From assembly GCA_038858525.1 (NCBI GenBank), contig JAWCFL010000004.1:84451-101785 (forward strand): DNA of 17,335 nucleotides. The letters are read 5' to 3'. This DNA is from Candidatus Jordarchaeales archaeon. Its GTDB lineage: Archaea > Asgardarchaeota > Jordiarchaeia > Jordiarchaeales > Freyrarchaeaceae. The notes under the pieces are model-generated. The model was not told where the DNA came from. It saw only the letters and a program-made list of their open reading frames with translations, and did not search any database. Each line of letters begins with the position of its first letter. Positions within the stretch are counted from its first letter, which is position 1. A program made the position numbers and the translations under genes. This document shows, one piece after another, positions 7,641-15,642 of this stretch.

Positions 7641-8430
7641 AGTCTAGTTTATTCCCGTTATCTTTAATGCTGCATCTTGACCTGAAGTTTAGCGCCGAAA
7701 AGGAAGCGTTTTCAATTTTCTGCGGCATCCAAAGGAATTTTAAGTTCCCCATTTGATTGGAAGCCACTTCACTTTAATAATCTCCCGATTATAATGATTG
7801 AATTTCGCATCTTCATATAAAGGTGCTGATGGGTCCTCCTCTAGAAACTCTGAGAACTATGATTCAACGCTCAGTCTCCTCATTTTCCATACAGTTTTCT
7901 AGAGAAATTTCATGTGTGCAGCGGTCCTTTCCTGCCTTAATTATGCATATCTGCGCGTATCCTCTCGCAGCGCGCTTTTTCAGCATTCCTACAAACGATT
8001 TAGTATTCTTTCTCTTTTATCAGCTCCCTCTTAGGTAACTTTGCAGATAGACAAGCAAAGAGGTCGTGCAGCTCCTTTCATGGAGCCCCGGCAGTTCTCA
8101 GCTGAGCTCATATATTCTCGGCGAAGCCGCATCGAAGTGGTTTTCAACTCTCACGACACTAACTATTTCTTTGATCTTCCCCAAACTAGGTTGGGTGGAG
8201 CTCGTGTAATAATGGTGTTATGAGCTCGGCAGCGTCCTGACTTATAGCTCTGAGAACTCATCCCCCTCTATATGCTCTCATTTTCTCAACAACTTCTTTT
8301 GCTACTTTCAACGTATTTTCTTCCTTTTTCTACTTGCACTTCGTTCTTAGCAAAAATGGTAAACTGCCTTCTAAATTTATTTAAACTTTCTCGGTGCTGC
8401 TGTCATGCATTCCTTCTTAGAAACCTCCAT
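7640..8430 (-). pseudogene. Probable decayed protein-coding gene of unknown identity
   Basis: The minus strand is purine-rich like coding DNA and gives protein-like fragments in shifting frames (LKVAKEVVEKMRAYRGG*, LGKIKEIVSVVRVENHFD, EFLEEDPSAPLYEDAKFNHYNREIIKVKWLPIKW) broken by stops. Confidence 0.3.
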
Positions 8431-8732
8431 CCTTAATCTGAAAAGTTAATATCATGGTTCCTTATTGAAATAAGGGGTGTTCGATCAAATTTTTGTTTTT
8501 TCTATGCGACGTGTTGCTTGAAGGGGGAGCGTTTCATGCATCCAACTCTCTTTCGAAAGGTGTTGCTTTTAACTATTCTTTTCCTTTTTAGTGGCTTTTT
8601 ATCTCATTATGCCATATTGACATAACCTCTATTGCTGTTTGCTTGTGTAATACTTAAATAATATTGAAACCAATACAATATGTTGAGTGTTTTGCTAGGA
8701 AGGGTGTTTGCTTAGCTTAAGAGGTGACATTC

Positions 8733-9530
8733 ATGTCCGTTTCCATACCTAAATATATGCTTATGGTTAGAGTGGAGCCCGGTGATAAGTCTCCGATCCC
8801 CTTCAGTCAGGATGCTATCAATAGTGATTCACTTGTTGTTCTCTTAGACGAGGTGGATGATCGCCTCTACTTGTGGATGGGTAAAAACAGAAGTTTGGTT
8901 GACAAGAGAGCCGCTATGAGGGTTGCGCAGTCTATTATGAAGGGTGGCTTCTCTTATGGGAAGCTACAAGTGGGGCGAAACTTGAAGGAGCTGGTTGAAA
9001 TAGATGAGTCTAGACTTTCTGAGCCTGATGTTAAAGGAAGCTTTGACGCTCTCAACGCCGTTTTTAAGAGGAACTACACGGCCAAAGATAAGATGCTCGT
9101 CGAAGTGGCCGTTGAGGCACCTTCTTCTGCTGTCGAGGCGCCAGCTCCACCAGTTAAGGAAGTAGAGGAGGCTGTTGGAGCCCCGCCGGCTCAGCCTGCT
9201 AGGGAAGCTCCCTCCGCCGCAGTAAAGCCTCGCCCTGAAGCTGTAATGTCTGTTGAAGCGAAGGCTACTGAGGTAGAACCTGAACTCGTGGGGCGAGCTA
9301 AGTTGGGGTTGCTGTTCACTCTTCTTGCAGAAGAGTTCACTGAACTCCTTGTCAGCTGCAAAGTTGAGGAAGGGGTGCCCGTCTTTGAGTTCGAGTCCCC
9401 GGAGGGGCTCATAGCCAAAGTCTCCATTGACGGAAAGGATCTCGTCATCTCTTACGGTTCAAAGTTCGCTGAAAAACGGGACAAAGTTATTTCTAAGCTA
9501 AAGGAGATAATAGGGAAAATTCTGGGTTAA
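8733..9530 (+). CDS. Gelsolin-domain protein: N-terminal gelsolin/villin-like repeat, Pro/Ala/Glu linker and unknown C-terminal domain, 265 aa
   Basis: IPFSQDAINSDSLVVLLDEVDDRLYLWMGKNRSLVDKRAAMRVAQSI matches the gelsolin repeat consensus (LNSxDxFILD..IYxWxG..S...K..A...A..I). ATG at 8733 follows GAGGTGA. Confidence 0.72.
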   Translation: MSVSIPKYMLMVRVEPGDKSPIPFSQDAINSDSLVVLLDEVDDRLYLWMGKNRSLVDKRAAMRVAQSIMKGGFSYGKLQVGRNLKELVEIDESRLSEPDVKGSFDALNAVFKRNYTAKDKMLVEVAVEAPSSAVEAPAPPVKEVEEAVGAPPAQPAREAPSAAVKPRPEAVMSVEAKATEVEPELVGRAKLGLLFTLLAEEFTELLVSCKVEEGVPVFEFESPEGLIAKVSIDGKDLVISYGSKFAEKRDKVISKLKEIIGKILG

Positions 9531-10315
9531 AGAGCTCTGACCACCTTGCGTCCGAAGGTCACATAGCCCGTGTGTCCCACCATGAAGGACTCCGGCCGGG
9601 TTCTACCCTCCTTAACTATTATTTCTCTCAGCAAGCACTCGTATGTTCGCACATCTATGAACCCTACTTTTTCCATTTCGAACACTGTTTTTTGAACTTG
9701 CTCTATAGTTGGGCTGAAGGAAGCCATAACTCTTCCGGCTTTAAGCGCCATATAAGCGTGATCAACAACCAGCCACGGAGTCGCCATGTCTAACACGACG
9801 GCGTCAACATTATCTTCCTCTATTCCCTCAGTTACATCCTTGTTTTTGAGCTCAACGTACTCTGCAACCCCCATGCGCTCCAAGTTTTTCTTGGCAACCT
9901 TCAGGAACTCTTCGCGTACTTCATAACTGTAAACTCTTCCTTCAGGCATAACCCAGCTCGCCAGCACGCCCGTAAGGACACCGCTACCGGTACCTGCCTC
10001 AACAACTCTGCTCCCCCTCCCCACAGCGAGATTCATCAGGATGAACCCCAAATCCTTGGGGTATATTATCTGCGTCGCCCTCTTAGCCTTAACGGCGAAG
10101 TCCGCCAGCGTAGGTCTCACAACGAAAAACTCTTCGCCCCTACTGCTCCTAATTGTGCAGCCGTAGGGCATACCTATTAATGAACCTAAATCCACAACAC
10201 CCTTATGCGTGTGAAGCGCCTCTCCTTCTTTAACCTTGACAAGCCACTTCCTCTTCTCGTCGAGAACAACTAAAACGTAATCTCCGGACGACACCACATC
10301 CTGACCCAAAAGCAC
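9527..10315 (-). CDS. trmI: tRNA (adenine-58-N1)-methyltransferase
   Basis: HTHKG, RATQIIYPKD, VEAGTGSG, LDMATPW and HTGY motifs of the TrmI/Gcd14 family. Confidence 0.95.
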   Translation of the reverse strand: MLLGQDVVSSGDYVLVVLDEKRKWLVKVKEGEALHTHKGVVDLGSLIGMPYGCTIRSSRGEEFFVVRPTLADFAVKAKRATQIIYPKDLGFILMNLAVGRGSRVVEAGTGSGVLTGVLASWVMPEGRVYSYEVREEFLKVAKKNLERMGVAEYVELKNKDVTEGIEEDNVDAVVLDMATPWLVVDHAYMALKAGRVMASFSPTIEQVQKTVFEMEKVGFIDVRTYECLLREIIVKEGRTRPESFMVGHTGYVTFGRKVVRAL

Positions 10316-10494
10316 ACCTCACCGCTAGAGAAAACCTTTCATGACTCTCAAAACAACACAAAATAAAAACTCTTCTTTATTAGACCATCAACAACACACG
10401 GAACTCTGCACTCCGCTGAAGCAGCATCTTCACTCTTCTGAAAACCATCTTCATTCTTCTTTCTAAAAATCGTTGCGGCATGCATCCTTCATCT

Positions 10495-11565
10495 TCATTT
10501 CGTCTCCTCTAATAATGCCCCCCTTCGTCTATCTATTCTTCCAACTAAAGGTATTCTTTCACCACAATTTGGGCATCTATCCCCCTTCACGTTTACCTTT
10601 GTTAAGGAGAAGACGTATCTTCCAATTAGTAGCTCGCCGCATGATGGACAATACGTGTTCTCCCACTTATGGCCCGGCACGTTCCCCACGTAGACAAACT
10701 TTAACCCTTCCTCCACACCTATGTTTCTAGCTTTTTCAAGCGTTTTAACAGGGGTTGGAGGCCTGTCAAGCATCTCGTAGTCCGGGTGGAACCTCGTGAC
10801 GTGCCAAGGAATTTCACTACCTATTTCACGGATCCTGCACGCTATACTCCTCAAACACTCCTCGTCATCATTCACTCCTGGAATAACTAGTGTAGTGACC
10901 TCAACCCATACTCCCAGCCTCTTTGCCTCCTTAATGTTCCTCCACACGTGCTCAACGTCGGCGCCACAGTACCTTCTAACAGCTTCCTCACATCCCTTAA
11001 CGTCAATATTCATTGCGTCAAGCCCAGCCTCAACCAAGACGCGCAAGGCTTCCGGCGACATGTATCCGTTCGTCACGTAAGTATTGTATAGCCCGTTCAT
11101 CCTCGCAAGCCTGAAAACATCCACAGAGTACTCAAGCATCAAGGTCGGTTCGTTGAAAGAGATGGATGTGCCATCGCACCCCTCAACCTTAGCTATTCTG
11201 ACAAGGTTTTCCGGGCTCACATAGTTCCGCCGCTTCTCGTCTGGAGGAAACTTGCTAATCTCCCAGTTCTGGCACCATGGACAAGTGAAGTTACACATCC
11301 ATGAGCCTACGGTCAGCGCCCTAGAGCCCGGGAAGAAATGGAAAAAGGGCTTCTTCTCTATGGGGTTCACACTCATGGAAGAGATGTCGCCATAAATCAA
11401 TGTGTAAATCTTGCCCGAGATGTTCTTCCTAGTCTTACAGAAGCCGACGCCCCCCTCAGGGATCTTACACATCCTCATACAAGTCGTACATCTCGCCCAT
11501 CCCCCACCAAGCTCCTCCTGCAACATACCTCTCCTCACGCAAGAATCATGCATCACTCTTTTCAT
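10495..11565 (-). CDS. AmmeMemoRadiSam-system radical SAM enzyme (PFL-activating enzyme family); start uncertain (11565 or 11553)
   Basis: N-terminal CxxCxxxC and GFCKTRKN, VNPIEKKPFFHF, CNFTCPWCQNWEIS (CxxxCxxC), SFNEPT, RFHPDY, YVGNVPGH and C-terminal CPSCG/CPNCG. Confidence 0.92.
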   Translation of the reverse strand: MKRVMHDSCVRRGMLQEELGGGWARCTTCMRMCKIPEGGVGFCKTRKNISGKIYTLIYGDISSMSVNPIEKKPFFHFFPGSRALTVGSWMCNFTCPWCQNWEISKFPPDEKRRNYVSPENLVRIAKVEGCDGTSISFNEPTLMLEYSVDVFRLARMNGLYNTYVTNGYMSPEALRVLVEAGLDAMNIDVKGCEEAVRRYCGADVEHVWRNIKEAKRLGVWVEVTTLVIPGVNDDEECLRSIACRIREIGSEIPWHVTRFHPDYEMLDRPPTPVKTLEKARNIGVEEGLKFVYVGNVPGHKWENTYCPSCGELLIGRYVFSLTKVNVKGDRCPNCGERIPLVGRIDRRRGALLEETK

Positions 11566-11622
11566 CACTCCTAAGGCTGAACACGCGTAGGAACACCATC
11601 TAAGAGGCATTAATCCCTTCCG

Positions 11623-11680
11623 CTCTATCAAAGATAAAAATAACAATCATAAAAATAACAATCCCAGCTACTCTATCAAA
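11623..11680. repeat. Perfect 15-bp tandem duplication flanked by 10-bp direct repeats
   Basis: ATAAAAATAACAATC at 11634-11648 and 11649-11663; CTCTATCAAA at 11623-11632 and 11671-11680. Confidence 0.85.
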
Positions 11681-11701
11681 AGAGTTGTTTTTATCAATGT
11701 A

Positions 11702-11709
11702 TTTATAAG
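11702..11709 (+). promoter_or_regulatory. Putative TATA box for the KaiB-like/KaiC-like genes
   Basis: TTTATAAG about 55 nt upstream of the likely start, in a divergent intergenic region. Confidence 0.45.
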
Positions 11710-11766
11710 GAAGCTTGTATCTTAAAAGTTCCTTGAAGTTTTGCTTTCACTGTGGAGGGGCTTGTG

Positions 11767-12060
11767 GTGAGCGGGAGGTTCAAAATAGTCATTTTTAAGT
11801 CTGAGCGTACTCCCAAGTACTCCCAAGTAGTCAAGACAGTGCGTTCCTCTCTCGAAAAACTCGGTTTGGACCTAGAGGTTGAGGAAGTTGACGTGTCTAA
11901 GAACCCTGAAATGGCTGTTAGGAGCGGAGTAATCTCAACGCCAACAATAGATATAGTTGGTTTGAACTGGCGATTCATAGGGCTACCTACAGAGGACGAA
12001 TTAATAGCTGTTTTAGAGTCATTGAAAGAGGAGGGAGAAAAGCGTGGCAAAGAGGAGTAG
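11767..12060 (+). CDS. Cysteine-less thioredoxin-fold, KaiB-like protein, about 97 aa (start 11767 or 11764)
   Basis: Pattern TP..., VDVSKNPEMA, STPTI, RFIG resembles both KaiB (IDVLKNPQLA, ATPTL, RIIG) and archaeal thioredoxin-like proteins. The protein has no Cys. GGAGGGG precedes the GTG. Confidence 0.7.
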   Translation: MSGRFKIVIFKSERTPKYSQVVKTVRSSLEKLGLDLEVEEVDVSKNPEMAVRSGVISTPTIDIVGLNWRFIGLPTEDELIAVLESLKEEGEKRGKEE

Positions 12061-12838
12061 GTCATCTTCCGGCTTCATGGCGGAACTCAAGGAAAGGATA
12101 ATCTCTGAGGCACGCGTAATAGAGTCACCCGGCGAGAGGACGCCGACGGGAATTCGAGGGTTCGACGAGCTAGTTAGAGGAGGCCTTTTCAAAGGTGCAA
12201 CTTATCTGCTGTCGGGGGTATCGGGGGCTGGCAAGTCGATCTTTTGCCTCGAGTTCCTTTATCATGGCGCAGCAGAGTTCGATGAGCCAGGACTGTACGT
12301 TTCGCTCGAAGAGCACTTGGATAGCATACTTAGGAACGCTAGGAACTTCAAGTGGAACTTGAAAAGCCTCATAGACCGGCAGATGCTAGTGCTGCTGGAT
12401 CTCAGCGTAGTGGCTGTAGGCGAAAAGGCTCTGTCTCTCAACACTGACGTGTTCGCATTGGACGGCCTCTACGCAACAATGGAAAGTGTGATTAAAGAGG
12501 GCGGGATCAAGAGGGTGGTCCTCGACCCGATCTCCGTTCTCTTCTTGCAGTATGGGAACGTAGGCGTAGTTAGGCGTGAACTCAACGTCATTTCGGGCAT
12601 GCTGAAAAGGCACGGGTGCACTTCGATCTTTGTCACAGAAACCGAGTACGGGAAGCCAAGCATAACACGGTTCGGCGTGGAGGAATTCATGGCAGACGGC
12701 GTCTTCCTACTTTACTGGGAACCTGAGGGCGATAAAAGAAGCAGGTACATTGAAATATACAAAATGAGGGGTTCCCCACATTACGAGGGAAAGAAGCGCT
12801 TCTCAATAACCGACAGCGGCATAGTAATCCTCTACTAG
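12044..12838 (+). CDS. Single-domain KaiC-like (RecA-superfamily) ATPase; start 12044 or 12077
   Basis: TGIRGFDELVRGG, Walker A GVSGAGKS, catalytic SLEE, Walker B RVVLDPIS, VEEFMADGV and arginine finger KMRGS. Confidence 0.92.
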   Translation: MAKRSRSSSGFMAELKERIISEARVIESPGERTPTGIRGFDELVRGGLFKGATYLLSGVSGAGKSIFCLEFLYHGAAEFDEPGLYVSLEEHLDSILRNARNFKWNLKSLIDRQMLVLLDLSVVAVGEKALSLNTDVFALDGLYATMESVIKEGGIKRVVLDPISVLFLQYGNVGVVRRELNVISGMLKRHGCTSIFVTETEYGKPSITRFGVEEFMADGVFLLYWEPEGDKRSRYIEIYKMRGSPHYEGKKRFSITDSGIVILY

Positions 12839-12873
12839 CATCATGCAGCAGACTTGCACTTGACTCCGCGAAG

Positions 12874-12881
12874 TTTTATAT
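12874..12881 (+). promoter_or_regulatory. Possible internal TATA box upstream of the fusion gene
   Basis: TTTTATAT in the 138-nt gap between the kaiC-like stop and the ATG at 12977. Confidence 0.3.
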
Positions 12882-12976
12882 GCTCAAAACGTATAACGAA
12901 CGTCTTTAAGGCTACGTTCATGGCTTACAGTGCCTGGTGTGCCGCCCTCAACTCTAAGATGGTCCTGGTGACTCAC

Positions 12977-14116
12977 ATGATAAGGTTGAGGCTTCCGCTC
13001 TTCGACCGTCAGCTGGGTGGGATTCCTGAGTCCTCGAAAAACCTTTTCATGGTTTTCCCCGGCATTGATCCCTCAATACTGGGATTACATGTGGTTAGGG
13101 CAGGCTTAGAAGAAGGATACAAAGTCGTTTACTTTGTGAATAATAAGCCTCCCATAAGTGTGAGGAGGCAGGCTAAGAAGTCTCATCTAAGCTTCGAAGC
13201 ATATGAGCAAAAAGGGCAGTTCATCATGGTAGACGCATACTCCATGTTTAGTGGGGCGGAAAGCCATGAAAAAATCGTAGTTAACCCTTACGATGTTAAC
13301 GCAACGAAGAAGACTTTAGCTGACCTATCTTCAAAGAACACGCTCTTAGTGCTCGACTCGCTGAATAGCCTCTTGGAGTCGTGGGGCGGCAAAGCGGAAC
13401 CATTAACTGACTTTTTGAAGGCTGCTGATGCATCGACCCTAATTGCCCTATTTTCCTCTTGGCTCTACATGGATGAATCCGTTAAGGGAATGGAGAGCCT
13501 CTTCGACGGGGTATTTGAAGTTAAACCCGACCCTCTCCTCATAGTAGAAAACCGGTTTAGAGTAAAAAGGGTTTCCTGGGCTACTGGGGCAGGAGAGCTG
13601 TCCTTCCTCGTGAAGGCAGTTTCACCAAGCGAGCTTAGGGTATACCTTCCAAAAGTGGTTGTCCTCGGGCCGTACAATGCGGGTAAAACCACTCTTGTTC
13701 ATGCTTTAGCTGAAGACGCAGTTAGCGTTGAACGGATGGGCACTACGGTCGCACTCGACCACGGCTCATTGGATTATAAGGGGTTCTACATGGAGCTCTT
13801 CGGCACCCCGGGGCAACCTCAGTTCGAACCAATCCTTGACATGATGATGGATGGAGCTGTCGGATTCATTCTCGTCGTTGATAGCGCCGACGCATCGACC
13901 TTCAATAGAGCTAAAGAGCTTTTCGATAAGTGCGAGGGAAAGGCCCCGATAGTGGTGGCTGCAAACAAGCAGGACTTAAAGTTAGCCATTTCTCCCAGCG
14001 ATCTCAGAACCCGCCTTAATATTCCTTCATCCGTCCCCGTGGTTGGTTGTAGCGCCAAGAACAGGGTTAACGTATTCCTCATACTCGACATTCTCCTAAA
14101 CCTGATCTCCATGTAG
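12977..14116 (+). CDS. Fusion of an inactivated KaiC/RecA-like domain and an MglA-type small GTPase, 379 aa
   Basis: ATG at 12977 follows GGTGA. The N-domain has LPLFDRQLGG and LVLDSLNSL but FPGIDPS in place of Walker A. The C-domain (from about 13651) has GPYNAGKTT, TTVALD, FGTPGQ, NKQD and CSAK. Confidence 0.85.
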   Translation: MIRLRLPLFDRQLGGIPESSKNLFMVFPGIDPSILGLHVVRAGLEEGYKVVYFVNNKPPISVRRQAKKSHLSFEAYEQKGQFIMVDAYSMFSGAESHEKIVVNPYDVNATKKTLADLSSKNTLLVLDSLNSLLESWGGKAEPLTDFLKAADASTLIALFSSWLYMDESVKGMESLFDGVFEVKPDPLLIVENRFRVKRVSWATGAGELSFLVKAVSPSELRVYLPKVVVLGPYNAGKTTLVHALAEDAVSVERMGTTVALDHGSLDYKGFYMELFGTPGQPQFEPILDMMMDGAVGFILVVDSADASTFNRAKELFDKCEGKAPIVVAANKQDLKLAISPSDLRTRLNIPSSVPVVGCSAKNRVNVFLILDILLNLISM

Positions 14117-14129
14117 GGAGGTGTGCTGT

Positions 14130-14492
14130 TTGGAGTTTAGGGGTAAAATTAAAAAACTCTTAATGAAACTTCAGGCATTAGAGGGGGTTGAGGGCTGCCT
14201 CGTAGCAATGAGGAACGGAAGCGTTCTAGAGGCGCTCATGCCCCACGACTTAGATATAGGTAGGCTTGCCGCTATGGCTGCGTCAATGCTTGGAGCCGCG
14301 GAAGTTGCCGCTGAAACAGTCAGGAGAGGGGTAGCCCGCCACTTAACGCTTGAAACTGAAGGCGTAACGTTAATAATTACTGGCGCTGGGTCCAAAGCCT
14401 TCCTGTTAATACTCGCCGCGAAGACCACCACCCCCCACCTGCTTAAGGACCTTGAGGAAGCATGTAAAGCGATCACAGAGTTTTTGCCATAA
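14130..14492 (+). CDS. Roadblock/LC7 (MglB-like) protein, 120 aa
   Basis: EGVEGCLVAMRNG, LAAMAASMLGAA and LTLETEG match the roadblock pattern; TTG at 14130 follows GGAGGTG; directly downstream of the MglA-like domain. Confidence 0.88.
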   Translation: MEFRGKIKKLLMKLQALEGVEGCLVAMRNGSVLEALMPHDLDIGRLAAMAASMLGAAEVAAETVRRGVARHLTLETEGVTLIITGAGSKAFLLILAAKTTTPHLLKDLEEACKAITEFLP

Positions 14493-14517
14493 AAACCAGC
14501 TTGAAGGGGAGAGCTTC

Positions 14518-15267
14518 ATGGCGAAGACAGACCTATTAAAGACTGGAATAGAACTGCTCGACCGCCTCCTTGGAGGAGGCATCAATCCGGGCTCCCTATG
14601 CATAGTGGTCGGTGAACCACTAGGTGGAAAGGAACTAATTGCCTTGGAGTTTTTCTGCGAAGGACTAAGACTTGGAGAAGGAGGCATATACGTCACAATG
14701 GTGAATTTCGCCGAGGAAGTGGAATCTGCAATCGCCAGCCGAGGATTAGACCTTTCAGCATACCGCGGCGCCAATCCGAAGTACCGGATAATAGATCTCT
14801 ACCGTCCGACAGTAGATTTCTCCGTTGAGGACAGCGACACTGTGACCTATGTCCCAGCGCCAACAGACCTTGCGGCTCTAAGCTCGAAGATTGTTGATGC
14901 AGCCATGAAGCTCTCACATCTCAGCCGCGTACGCATAATCATAGACTCCCTCTCATCCATCATATCGTTTGCTTCACCCAAGTCCGCTTTAAGGTTCATG
15001 TCCTTCATGAAGGCAAAAGTTCAGCTGTCAAGCAACGTTATCCTAGCAACTCTCGAGCAGAAACTGGCTAACGACGTCGAGACCGAATCAATCCTCCACC
15101 TAGCGAACACACTCATCTTTCTAGAAAAAAATAGGCTTGAAATACGCCGAAGAGGGAAAACACCAGTAGAAGTAACCGTCAAGTTCTCAAATGAAAAAAT
15201 AATAGAAGCCAACCCTCCTAAGAAAACGCAGAAAAACCAGAACTCCAAAAAACCATCGGAACACTAA
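14518..15267 (+). CDS. Degenerate KaiC/RAD55-like RecA-superfamily protein, 249 aa
   Basis: TGIELLDRLLGGG; Walker A altered to GEPLGGKE; catalytic EE replaced (TMVN); IIIDSLSS; Lys/Gln-rich C-terminal tail. Confidence 0.85.
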   Translation: MAKTDLLKTGIELLDRLLGGGINPGSLCIVVGEPLGGKELIALEFFCEGLRLGEGGIYVTMVNFAEEVESAIASRGLDLSAYRGANPKYRIIDLYRPTVDFSVEDSDTVTYVPAPTDLAALSSKIVDAAMKLSHLSRVRIIIDSLSSIISFASPKSALRFMSFMKAKVQLSSNVILATLEQKLANDVETESILHLANTLIFLEKNRLEIRRRGKTPVEVTVKFSNEKIIEANPPKKTQKNQNSKKPSEH

Positions 15268-15496
15268 TACTTCAGACGATTTAAACGCACAAGAACACTA
15301 AAACACCGAAAAAGCTTCTTATTTAAAGGTAAAAACTTAATTTAGAAAGCTCGTCGCAGCATTTGGATACCACTTAACGCAGCGCCTAAAGATAGATGTG
15401 AGCAGCCTGCAGGACGCAGAAAGTTTAACTGGCAATATACATTGAACTAACGCGGTAAGATTAACTAGATGAAAAACTCATCTGTGAAAAACTAAA

Positions 15497-15522
15497 AACC
15501 TCTCTTTTTGTAAAGAGAGGTT
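15497..15522. repeat. Perfect 11-bp inverted repeat
   Basis: AACCTCTCTTT-TTGT-AAAGAGAGGTT. Confidence 0.85.
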
Positions 15523-15642
15523 AAAGTCCATTATTTGCTAATCGAAACACTATAAATTTTAATTATTACTTGCAAATTAAAGAAAAATTTTTATGGCATT
15601 TTCCTCTAACTAATAGTTATTAGTAGTCGTGGAGGGACGATT

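Noticed and set aside
7848-8258. 11-bp direct repeat CTCTGAGAACT 400 bp apart, with a partial inverted copy near 8093
   Set aside because: Too short and irregular to define an IS, MITE or CRISPR array.
10349-10497. TGA-AGA-TGA at the radical SAM stop followed by an in-frame 45-codon ORF (MHAATIF…), with three TGAAGATG repeats nearby
   Set aside because: The enzyme is already complete at its C-terminal CxxC finger, the UGAs are not at conserved Cys positions and no convincing SECIS fold was found. Probably an ordinary stop.
683-14917. The many short antisense or alternate-frame ORFs in the track (e.g. 683-1057, 2274-2699, 3447-3935, 7080-7358, 11703-12065, 14406-14774)
   Set aside because: They overlap well-supported genes on another frame or strand and show no family motifs, so they are shadow ORFs.
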